DNA of 63,886 nt, the filler included. It is 7 parts of 7 records of this genome, joined end to end, with 100 filler letters (N's around TTAATTAATTAA, not from the genome) between each part and the next. Parts side by side here need not be neighbours in the genome. Positions count along the whole stretch, not along the records: positions 23,142 to 39,717 come from SRR31156797_20169; 6 more parts are not named here. The stretch is one strand, 5' to 3'. The position numbers and the translations under genes are program-made. The notes beneath the pieces were generated by a model. It saw nothing but the letters and a program-made list of their open reading frames with translations. It did not search any database and was not told where the DNA came from. How positions within the stretch are numbered: position 1 is the first letter of the stretch; every line of letters begins with the position of its first letter. Below are positions 28,037 through 36,290 of the stretch, piece by piece.

Positions 28037-30223
28037 TCAAGCTGCTTCAGACTTTTCATCCAAAAAATGGCGAATCCGCCGGGAGAGACCGGCCATGGTA
28101 TACGGTTTCTGAATAAACCCGCAGGACGAATCGCCACGCATAATGACGTCTGTTTTCTCGTTGAAAGTGTCACCGCTTGAGAAAAGCACGGGCATATGGG
28201 GTGCGATTTCACGAATGAGCTCGAATGCTTTTAGGCCATGCATATCCGGCATGATCATATCCAGGATCACCAGGTCAATATCATGGGACATGCCTTTGAC
28301 GACGTCAACGGCCTGCCGTCCCCCATTTGCCACAGCAACCCCATAGCCCATTTTTTCCAGGATGGCCCGGCCCACATCAGCGACCATATCTTCATCATCC
28401 ACCAGCAGGATACTTTCCGAGCCCCGTTTCGGTTTTATTTCCCTATGAACCTCCCGGACCGCTTGCTTCTGAGCGGCCGGCAGAAAGACGCTGAACCTTG
28501 TCCCGCGGCCCGGTTCGCTTTGTACCGTAATCACGCCACCATGGTTTTGGATGATGCCGTAAGCCGACGCAAGACCCAACCCCGTCCCCCTCCCTCTTTC
28601 CTTGGTGGTGAAAAAAGGATCGAAAATCTGTTTTTGGGTGGCCCGGTCCATGCCGACGCCCGTATCCGTGATTTCGATTTTCACAAAAGGTCCGGGTCCG
28701 GCACCGTGCAGGCGACAAAAACCTTTATCCGGGACAAAGGTTTCGGTGTTCAGAAAAATCTTCCCGCCATCCGGCATGGCCTGCCAGGCGTTGATCAGCA
28801 TGTTCAACAGAACCTGCTCCATCTGGTTTCGATCGGCTTCCACCACGGCGGCACGCTCCCGGGATTGGAAGTGAATCCGAAGACCTTTCTTGGTCCTTCC
28901 GAACATGGCGGCGCTGCTCTCTATCAGCTCATTAATATTGATGGGTTTTACCTGGTATTTGCCGCCCCTGGCAAATCCCAGGAGCTGGCCCGTCAACATC
29001 TTGGCGCTTTGAATGTGAGCGTCAATGGCCGCCGTATGCTCGAGAAAGGGATGGGAGACCGGAAGGTCAAAAGCAATCAGTGAGCTGCGTCCCTGAATGC
29101 CCATCAATAGATTGTTGAAATCGTGGGCAACGCCGCTGGCCAACGTGCCGATGGCCTCTAATTTCTGCCTCTGAAGGAGATGCGCCTCCAGTTTTTTGCG
29201 CTCGGTAATATCCACCACGCAACCCAGGAAACTGGATGGATTTCCGTTGGTATCCCGGATCAAACTGGCATCCAGGAGCCCGCAGACCACATGGCCCTCT
29301 TTGTGAATGAAATGCTTCTCCATGCTGTAATGGCTGATTTCCCCTTTGAGAAGCTGGTTTTGTTTCCTCAGGTTTTCCGTTAGGGAATCCGGATGGGTGA
29401 AATCGGTGAAGGTACGCCCGACGAGTGCCTTCTCTTCGTAGCCCAGCATTTTGCAGTAGGCCCGGTTGGCGTTAAGGATCCTGAAGTCAAGCGAAACGCG
29501 GGCCACACCGATTTTCATGCGCTCATAAATGCTCCGGTATAAGGCCTCATTTTCCTTCAGGGCATGTTCCGCCTCAACCCGTTCCGTGATATCTGTAAAC
29601 ACAAACTCGAAATGTCTCGGTTGCCCATCGCCACCCAGATGAACGAAACCGCTCCCGATAACCACGGGGCATCGGCGGTCCCTTGCGTTGCAGCAAAGCG
29701 TTGTCTCAATGTTTTCGATCTTTCCGGTTGAGAGCAGGGTTTTGAGTGATTGATCCAGGATATTGGTGTCCACAAAGAACCTCTCAATGGGAACACCTTT
29801 CATTGCCGGTCCCGAAGGGTACCCCAGAAGGCAAACCGCGGCCGGATTGGCCTCTAGCAACCGCAGGCCATGATTGAAAACCACAATGGCGTCACGGGTG
29901 CTCTCAAAAAAATTCCGGTACTCCTGCTCACGTTCCAGGAGTTGCGCGTATGAACGATTCAGGCGATCCTTTTCTGCTTTTAGCGCCGCAATTTCCTCGG
30001 TCGTTCGGCGGAAAATGTCCTCATGTTCGTGGCCTGTCGGTTCATGGGCGGATCCGTCGCACGAACATGGCAATTTTGAAAGCCCTTCCTCGAATGTCTT
30101 AATATCTGAGTCCCATGGAAGCACACCTCCATCAAGATCAATTCCAGCCTGTTCAGGACCAGTTCCATCGCACCGGGCGCAATGGGTTTCACAGGTTGGC
30201 CTGGGACTTTTCTTTACCTCCAT
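28037..30223 (-). CDS. cytoplasmic hybrid histidine kinase (Cys/His N-terminus, 2 PAS, HisKA, HATPase, REC)
   Basis: Two DITER-ending PAS domains, AHDFNNLL, FDPFFTTK..GRGTGLGL, ILLVDDE...DMIMP...QKPY. Confidence 0.93.
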   Translation of the reverse strand: MEVKKSPRPTCETHCARCDGTGPEQAGIDLDGGVLPWDSDIKTFEEGLSKLPCSCDGSAHEPTGHEHEDIFRRTTEEIAALKAEKDRLNRSYAQLLEREQEYRNFFESTRDAIVVFNHGLRLLEANPAAVCLLGYPSGPAMKGVPIERFFVDTNILDQSLKTLLSTGKIENIETTLCCNARDRRCPVVIGSGFVHLGGDGQPRHFEFVFTDITERVEAEHALKENEALYRSIYERMKIGVARVSLDFRILNANRAYCKMLGYEEKALVGRTFTDFTHPDSLTENLRKQNQLLKGEISHYSMEKHFIHKEGHVVCGLLDASLIRDTNGNPSSFLGCVVDITERKKLEAHLLQRQKLEAIGTLASGVAHDFNNLLMGIQGRSSLIAFDLPVSHPFLEHTAAIDAHIQSAKMLTGQLLGFARGGKYQVKPININELIESSAAMFGRTKKGLRIHFQSRERAAVVEADRNQMEQVLLNMLINAWQAMPDGGKIFLNTETFVPDKGFCRLHGAGPGPFVKIEITDTGVGMDRATQKQIFDPFFTTKERGRGTGLGLASAYGIIQNHGGVITVQSEPGRGTRFSVFLPAAQKQAVREVHREIKPKRGSESILLVDDEDMVADVGRAILEKMGYGVAVANGGRQAVDVVKGMSHDIDLVILDMIMPDMHGLKAFELIREIAPHMPVLFSSGDTFNEKTDVIMRGDSSCGFIQKPYTMAGLSRRIRHFLDEKSEAA

Positions 30224-30296
30224 GTTTGTTTTCCTCCGGTAAAGCGGTTAGCAGTTTTTCGCCGGCACGGCTGGAGCGATTTCCCGTTTTGATGTT

Positions 30297-30311
30297 CGAG
30301 AACAAATATCA
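30297..30311. promoter_or_regulatory. weak Fur-like box upstream of hybrid kinase
   Basis: CGAGAACAAATATCA vs TGAnAATnATTnTCA, 9/12 defined positions. Confidence 0.3.
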
Positions 30312-30357
30312 TAAATACTGCCTCTTGCCGACCATGAATAAGGGCTCTCTTCTTATA

Positions 30358-30376
30358 ATAGGTTTTCCTAACTTTA
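30358..30376. promoter_or_regulatory. DtxR/IdeR-like operator
   Basis: ATAGGTTTTCCTAACTTTA matches 14/19 of TTAGGTTAGCCTAACCTAA; lies just downstream of minus-strand TTGACA(30415-30410)-17-TATTAA. Confidence 0.5.
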
Positions 30377-30790
30377 TAAGCTTTCCTTAATAAAGACATT
30401 GCTTCAGTTTGTCAAGCCTAAAAACAGCGTCAGATGTCCATTTCCGGAGCGCTGTAATATCAGCCCGTCTAGAGATACACCTTTTCACTGATTCCGCTCA
30501 GACGAAGCGAAGCCCTGCTTTAATACTGTCACAAAACACGTGTTTCAACGCTGCATGTATTGGAAGTGGATCTTAGGGCGGGACACATATACAAAGTTGA
30601 AACTCACTTGTGTTCGCTTGGATGCATATCGAGGGGAAAACCAAATCGGCATGACAGGTGGATCTAGGATCTCAAGACGGGTGAACGTATCTCGGAGATC
30701 GTTTCCGAGGTCACATCCTTTCCCCGGTCCACATCACTTAATATCTGCATTCTGCTCCTCCATGCGCGGTTTTTTTATAACCAATGGATA

Positions 30791-31516
30791 TCATGCGTTT
30801 TCAGTGCTCTCAACAAGTATGGCCCTGGCTTCATTGGGTCCCAGATGAATGCGGAGTCCGTCCATGGTTTCTATGGCCAGATGCTCCCGGGGGCCGAAAG
30901 CAATGGCCTTTCCCTGCTCAATGCCGATGAGGGTCAGATGGGTGCCCGGCCCAATATCCATATTATTAAGATAACCCTTGGCCCGGATACCCCCCAATAA
31001 TCGGGTGACGGAGAAATCCTTCATGGTTTTGGCGGAAGTAAACTGTTTCTCTTGACCGTCGGAAAGCCCCCATATTTTTGAAGCGATGCCTTCCTGCAGG
31101 TGAACGTGTTTTTTCCTGTCCACCACCGCGATATATTCCATGGGCGGCAGCAGACGCAGGAATTGAATGGTATCTCCCATGGAAAACCCAAGGGTCTTCA
31201 CCGTATCCCGAAGGCCCGGACCGCCGGTGAGGCCGTGGATGATCCCTTCTTCTTTGGGTTTCATAAGGGAAAGGGGTATCTTTTCACCATTTTGCCTTTT
31301 AACAATGATTTTGGCGCTCATGCCGCCCCCCAGAATCATGCTGCCCCTGGGGCCCCAAACCCGCACCGACCGGCGTTTGATTTCCTCTTTGGGAAATTTG
31401 ACCAGTTTGCTTCCCGGCTTAAGACCGATTCGACTTAAATCGTGCGACAGGTGCTTATCGGCGACGCGGACGAGCGCCAGAACATCGCCTTCATGGGCGT
31501 CTTCAAGGTTCAACAT
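30791..31516 (-). CDS. triple FeoA-domain protein
   Basis: Three ~75-aa units with L..IGLKPG / TLGFSMG / NMDIGPG cores ending SAKIIV / ASKIWG / ARAILV; GGAGG before ATG 31516. Confidence 0.8.
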   Translation of the reverse strand: MLNLEDAHEGDVLALVRVADKHLSHDLSRIGLKPGSKLVKFPKEEIKRRSVRVWGPRGSMILGGGMSAKIIVKRQNGEKIPLSLMKPKEEGIIHGLTGGPGLRDTVKTLGFSMGDTIQFLRLLPPMEYIAVVDRKKHVHLQEGIASKIWGLSDGQEKQFTSAKTMKDFSVTRLLGGIRAKGYLNNMDIGPGTHLTLIGIEQGKAIAFGPREHLAIETMDGLRIHLGPNEARAILVESTENA

Positions 31517-31539
31517 GGGTAGTCCTCCATATATGCGCT

Positions 31540-31564
31540 GTGGGCGAAAAAGGCTTCGCCCCAC
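31540..31564. repeat. REP-like hairpin (GTRG-type)
   Basis: GTGGGCGAA-AAAGGC-TTCGCCCCAC between fezB and the FeoA-domain gene. Confidence 0.55.
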
Positions 31565-31589
31565 GTAGGATTCATTTGGCTAAAACCGT

Positions 31590-33692
31590 TCATGATTCGG
31601 TTTTGGGCGTTATGGTGGTGGCGCGCAGGGCATAGGCCAACAGACCGATGGTGCTGCCGTTATGCAGTATGGATGCCGTCAGGGGGGAGGCGATGCCGCA
31701 AAGCGCCAGGAGCAACACAAGGGTGTTGATGCCCACGGTCATGCGGAAGTTATTGCGCAGAACACCCATCACCCGCAGGGAAACCTCCCGGGCAAAGGGG
31801 AGGGTCATGAGGTCCTCGTTCAGCATGAGCACCTGTGCCGACTCCTTGGCCAGGTCGGCGCCCCCCGGCATGGAAACACCCACATCCGCCCGGATCAGGG
31901 CCGGGGCGTCATTGACCCCGTCCCCCACAAAGGCGATGGTGCGGCCTTGGGCTTTCAAATCCTCCAGAATGACGGCCTTGTCTTCGGGCAGGAGGTTCCA
32001 GTGGATTTCTGTGATGGGCAAGGCCTCCTTAAGGGCCTGGGCCGCCTCTTTCTGGTCGCCCGTCAACACCACCAGATGCTGGATGCCGAGGGATTTCAAG
32101 CGCCTCAGCGCCTGCTCCGCCTCGGGCCGGATCACGTCCCGGATGGCGATCAATCCCACCAGTTGGTCGTCTTTGGCTACGTAAAGGGTCGATTTTCCCT
32201 GGGCGTGCAGCGCTTTGGCGCTGGACTCACTCATGCGGCAGTCAATCCCTTCATCCTCGGCCACAAAATGATGGTTGCCCACCAGCACATTATGGGAGTT
32301 GACAAAGGCGGAAACACCATGGGCCACAATAAAATCGCATTCCCCCGCTTCGATGAGATCGATGTCCCGGTCCCCGGCCGCGGCCACAATGGCGGAGGCC
32401 ATGGGGTGTTTGTAATGGGCTTCGGCGGAGGCGGCCAGGGCCAGCAATTCCTTTTCGTCGCTGCCGTTAAAGGGAACAATGTCGGTCACTTCCGGATGCC
32501 CTTTGGTCAATGTGCCCGTCTTGTCAAAAACAAAGGTATCGATTTTGGAAAAGGCCTCCAAGGCCTCGGCGCCCTTGATGATGAGGCCGCCTTTGGCCGC
32601 TGAATTCATGCCGGTTTTGACGGCAACGGGGCTGCAAAGCTTGAGCGCGCAGGAGTAATCCACGGTGAGGGCCGCGGAGGCCCGCCGTATGTCCCCGGTC
32701 ACGAGGAAAATGGAGAGGCCCAGTCCGAAGGTCAGGGGCACCAGCCTGTTGGCCAGGGCTTCGGATTCGGTCTGGACCCGGCTTTTGTCTTGCAGGGATT
32801 TTTCGATATACTGGCTGATTTTGGCGGTGGTCGATTCCGTTCCGACCCGCACGGCCTTGATCTTGATCCGTCCATCTTCGATTACGGTACCGGAAAAGAC
32901 TTCGGTACCCGGCATGGCATCCACCGGAAGGGGCTCCCCGGTAATGGAAGATGCATTGACGGATGCTGCCCCCTCCACCACCACGCCGTCCACGGGAATG
33001 AGTTCACCGTGTCCGCAGACCACGATATCCCCCACCTTTACCTCATTGATGGGGAACCGTGTCTCCACGCCGTCCACTTCGATCCAGACCCATTCGATAT
33101 CCTGTTTGTAGAGGCTCAACAACAGTCGGTTGGACCTGTATTCGGTCAATTCTTCCAGATAATCCCCGAAGGTCAACAAAAGGGCGATGGCATTGGGCGA
33201 AAAATAATCCCGCCGCAACAGGGTAAACGCCACGGCCCCGGCATCCAGGACCTCCACGGAAATACCTTTGTTTAAGAGGGCATTTGCCCCTTTCACCAGA
33301 ATGGGCGCCGTCGTAAACCAGGATAAAAGTGCCCTTAACCGCATGGGTAAAAAGGGCGCCAGGACCAGTGAAATGGCGATCCGAAGCGTTCGGGTCAGGT
33401 CCGGGGGATGGGAAAAATCGTATTGGGAGGAATGAATCTCCCGGGGCGGCCTTTCCAGAATTCTCAAAACCTTGTCCCGGGTTTCCACCCCATTATCATA
33501 ACGCATCACCAGGGATTTGGCCGGTTTGTTCAGGCGAACCAGATCCACGCCCGGGACCGCCTGCAGAAACGACTCCAGATAACGGGTATCCACAAAGGGA
33601 TCCCCCAGGAAGGGGCTGCGGATACGAAGCCTTCCCTCTATTTCATGGACAATATTGAGCCGGTTTTTAACGGATTTAGATTTCTTTGTCAT
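31590..33692 (-). CDS. fezB: P1B-6-type ATPase, ferrosome protein FezB
   Basis: N-terminal R-rich GRLRIR, TGE, DYSCALKL in place of CPC, DKTGT, HP, GDGVND, HNGST in last TM. Confidence 0.88.
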   Translation of the reverse strand: MTKKSKSVKNRLNIVHEIEGRLRIRSPFLGDPFVDTRYLESFLQAVPGVDLVRLNKPAKSLVMRYDNGVETRDKVLRILERPPREIHSSQYDFSHPPDLTRTLRIAISLVLAPFLPMRLRALLSWFTTAPILVKGANALLNKGISVEVLDAGAVAFTLLRRDYFSPNAIALLLTFGDYLEELTEYRSNRLLLSLYKQDIEWVWIEVDGVETRFPINEVKVGDIVVCGHGELIPVDGVVVEGAASVNASSITGEPLPVDAMPGTEVFSGTVIEDGRIKIKAVRVGTESTTAKISQYIEKSLQDKSRVQTESEALANRLVPLTFGLGLSIFLVTGDIRRASAALTVDYSCALKLCSPVAVKTGMNSAAKGGLIIKGAEALEAFSKIDTFVFDKTGTLTKGHPEVTDIVPFNGSDEKELLALAASAEAHYKHPMASAIVAAAGDRDIDLIEAGECDFIVAHGVSAFVNSHNVLVGNHHFVAEDEGIDCRMSESSAKALHAQGKSTLYVAKDDQLVGLIAIRDVIRPEAEQALRRLKSLGIQHLVVLTGDQKEAAQALKEALPITEIHWNLLPEDKAVILEDLKAQGRTIAFVGDGVNDAPALIRADVGVSMPGGADLAKESAQVLMLNEDLMTLPFAREVSLRVMGVLRNNFRMTVGINTLVLLLALCGIASPLTASILHNGSTIGLLAYALRATTITPKTES

Positions 33693-33777
33693 AGCTGCTT
33701 TCTAAAAAAACTGAACCAAGCGGCAGGAATCCATGGCGTCAGGAACCGATCCATCCCGGATTCCCGCCGGGAATGGT

Positions 33778-33966
33778 TCACGGATGTTTATGGTCATGGG
33801 TCTGATAGAGATTGTAGTGCCACACGGAAAACCCCACCAGGGCGATGCCCGCCCAGGTGTGGAGTCCTTTGCTTCGGCGGCATTTATCCTTACCCGTCCA
33901 GGCCAGGACACCCAGGGATACGGCCATCCCGGTCTTGGTCAGATCCTTTACCGTCTTTTTTTCCAT
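33778..33966 (-). CDS. small two-helix His-containing membrane protein (DUF4405-like fez accessory)
   Basis: KTGMAVSLGVLAWTG...LHTWAGIALVGFSVWH; in-operon position before fezB. Confidence 0.7.
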   Translation of the reverse strand: MEKKTVKDLTKTGMAVSLGVLAWTGKDKCRRSKGLHTWAGIALVGFSVWHYNLYQTHDHKHP

Positions 33967-33975
33967 TGCTTATGT

Positions 33976-34437
33976 CTACTCTTTGCTTTCTTTATGGCGC
34001 ATTTCAGCCTGAACGTCCTCGAATTTTTCCTTTATTTCCTGAACGCCCCCCTGAACCGCACCGTAAATTTTGGCCGTGCTCTTGATAATCCCCTTCTGAA
34101 TGGTATCATTGGTCAATAGAAGGGTTATTCCCGCACCCAGAATGACCCCCTTCCAGAACTGCTGGTCCTGAAAATTGAGCCCCAAAAAAGAGGAAGAGGC
34201 AACCGGGGCGGGCGCATAGGAGTAGGCGGCGTGTCCGTAGCCCGCGGCCGCGGGATCGGGATTCGTGCCCTGGGCCAGGTGCTGGGATAAGGGGTCCTGC
34301 AACGCCCCCTGCATGGGGGTGCCGGCGGATCCCGGATGGGCCGCGGGGCCGGGGGTCATGGGCGACGGTGAATGAACGGGCTGTTGGCCCGGATGGATGC
34401 CCCGGGGGGCATAAGCCGTCTGGTGATATGTACTCAT
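33976..34437 (-). CDS. fezA: FezA-like GxxxG membrane protein with coiled-coil C-terminus (YtxH-like)
   Basis: FWKGVILGAGITLLL (GxxxG) followed by EIKEKFEDVQAE; P/Q/A-rich N-terminus. Confidence 0.7.
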   Translation of the reverse strand: MSTYHQTAYAPRGIHPGQQPVHSPSPMTPGPAAHPGSAGTPMQGALQDPLSQHLAQGTNPDPAAAGYGHAAYSYAPAPVASSSFLGLNFQDQQFWKGVILGAGITLLLTNDTIQKGIIKSTAKIYGAVQGGVQEIKEKFEDVQAEMRHKESKE

Positions 34438-34506
34438 GGCATGGTTCCTTTCTTTATTTCAACGCCGTTTTCAGGCGGATCATAAGATCTTGATGTTGTA
34501 AAATGA

Positions 34507-34905
34507 CTATTTGGAATCGTTTTGAGCATCTTTAGAAACTGATTTTCCGACGGAATTCAGCACATAACCGACGCCCGTGGCCGTTGCGGCCATGAGCAGC
34601 AGGGAGGTGAAGCCGCTGGTGCGAAAGGTTGAGACAACGCCGGCTGCGGCCGCCGTGGCAACGCCTGCGCCCGCGCCTTTGGCCAGGCTGTCCACAAAGG
34701 CCTGCTTCATGGTCATCTGGTCGTCCTGAACCTTATGGAGATTGGCGGCCAGGGCCGCGGTTCCCCCCACGACGGTACCGAAGATACCGGCATTCATGGC
34801 ATAATTGGAGGGAACCAGATAGGTTCCGGTTGCGGGATAGGTCTGGGTCTGCTGCAGGTTCTGCTGCAGATTTTGAGGATAATAGGAATGGTTTGACATG
34901 GTCAT
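34507..34905 (-). CDS. glycine-zipper membrane protein of fez clusters (type often auto-annotated MamC-like)
   Basis: GIFGTVVGG, KGAGAGVATAAAAG, ATGVGY; AAGGAG RBS. Confidence 0.75.
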   Translation of the reverse strand: MTMSNHSYYPQNLQQNLQQTQTYPATGTYLVPSNYAMNAGIFGTVVGGTAALAANLHKVQDDQMTMKQAFVDSLAKGAGAGVATAAAAGVVSTFRTSGFTSLLLMAATATGVGYVLNSVGKSVSKDAQNDSK

Positions 34906-34989
34906 GTCTCCTTTCTTTCAGGGAACCGTTTTTTCAGTTCTTAACGGTTCACATTTTTTTAAGGTAGAAATAGGTTTTTCCGTCGGGTT

Positions 34990-35916
34990 TTATTGGGAAC
35001 CATCTTCTTTTGAAGATCCGCCGCCGAAAAGCTTCCCGAAACTGTTTTTTACGGCATCGTTGTTCAAAAGCAATACCGCGGCGGCACCCACCAGCGCCCC
35101 TTTCCACAACTGGTCGTTTTTAAAATTAAGACTGAATATTCCACTCATCATGTCGGCGGGGGTGGCCTCCCCTTTTATAAATTTACCCACCATATCGGCC
35201 ATCTGACCGAAACGGTTTTCATCATGATGGACATGGTCGGCATCCGCACCCATCTTGCCGCAACCCTGTCCCGGCATGTGTCCCGTTTGCGGTCCCATGG
35301 CCTGGGCCGGTCCCTGAACCGGTTGGCCCCAACCCGGAAAAGGTCCCTGAGCGGGTGCCTGATATTGGGGTTGCTGAGGCGGATGTTGATGGGGCGCCTG
35401 CTGGGGCGGATATTGGGGTTGAAATTGATACTGGGGCTGGGCGCCGGGATACGGCATGCCGCCTGCCGGTTGGGCCGGAATGGCACCGGGTGCATGGGCC
35501 GTATCCTGAAAACCCGCCATGGGGGCCGGGCCGGGACCGGCTTGAGCTTGCCCGGGATACGCTTGTGGCGCGGAATTCCCCTGGGGTTGAGGTTGCCCCT
35601 GGTATTGAGGGTTTCCCTGGGATTCAGGATTCCCCTGTTGTTGGGCTCCCGAGCATCCCTCACCGCCAACGGTCATATGTTCCACGCCGGGGTTATCCGT
35701 TTCCTGCCCGCAGGAACAACCTTCCGTTGATCCGTCCTCATGGCCGCCGCAATCACTTGGGGCGGCTTCTACGCCCGGATTAACGATCTGTTCCCGTGGC
35801 TGCCCGCCGGGAATATCCGGGGGTGCCATCCCCCCCATGCCGCCCTCTCCCTGTAGGGCCTGCGGCATCTCCATCTGTCCTTCATCCGGTTGTTGAATGC
35901 CTGTTTCCTGATTCAT
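34990..35916 (-). CDS. GxxxG membrane protein with long Q/P/G-rich N-terminus, paralog of 33976-34437
   Basis: C-terminal SLNFKNDQLWKGALVGAAAVLLLNND aligns with GLNFQDQQFWKGVILGAGITLLLTND; GGAGG RBS. Confidence 0.8.
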   Translation of the reverse strand: MNQETGIQQPDEGQMEMPQALQGEGGMGGMAPPDIPGGQPREQIVNPGVEAAPSDCGGHEDGSTEGCSCGQETDNPGVEHMTVGGEGCSGAQQQGNPESQGNPQYQGQPQPQGNSAPQAYPGQAQAGPGPAPMAGFQDTAHAPGAIPAQPAGGMPYPGAQPQYQFQPQYPPQQAPHQHPPQQPQYQAPAQGPFPGWGQPVQGPAQAMGPQTGHMPGQGCGKMGADADHVHHDENRFGQMADMVGKFIKGEATPADMMSGIFSLNFKNDQLWKGALVGAAAVLLLNNDAVKNSFGKLFGGGSSKEDGSQ

Positions 35917-35948
35917 TTCTACCTCCCTGTTTGTTGTTTATTTCATCC

Positions 35949-36290
35949 TCATTCACTGAGAACGGTCCTGAGTTCAGTTACAAGATGTTGTGCCTGTGCG
36001 GAATTTCCCCTGACGCGGCCCAATCTCTCCCATAAGTCGAATGGAATTTTTCCCGGGTCATATTCAATAATAATGGAGCGGGCAAAGGCGTTCACACGGA
36101 AATTAAAAATGCCGGGAATACGGATGTTTTCATAATTATTTCCATTGCCATTGTTCAGGGCCTTGACCCCTTCCATGGAGATTTTAAGCCGTATCCTTCC
36201 CGGAAAATGGGCAGCAATGTGAGCATGTTTCCCGATTTGCAAGAGGCCTTGGATGATCTCCTCGTCTTTCAGGCCTTCAATGGTTTTCAT
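35949..36290 (-). CDS. stand-alone HMA2-like domain protein with R-rich motif (fez accessory)
   Basis: HFPGRIRLK ... IPGIFNFRVNAFARSIIIEYDP; overlaps upstream ATPase stop by 14 bp. Confidence 0.82.
   Translation of the reverse strand: MKTIEGLKDEEIIQGLLQIGKHAHIAAHFPGRIRLKISMEGVKALNNGNGNNYENIRIPGIFNFRVNAFARSIIIEYDPGKIPFDLWERLGRVRGNSAQAQHLVTELRTVLSE

Noticed and set aside
30540-30848. 102-aa plus-strand ORF between the FeoA-domain gene and the kinase
   Set aside because: GTG start without RBS, overlaps a real gene end, no protein-like features.
34507-34905. Magnetosome island suggested by a MamC-like glycine-zipper protein near feoAB
   Set aside because: No recognisable mamA/B/E/K/M/O/P/Q or mad genes; the neighbouring DYSC-type ATPase points to a ferrosome cluster instead.
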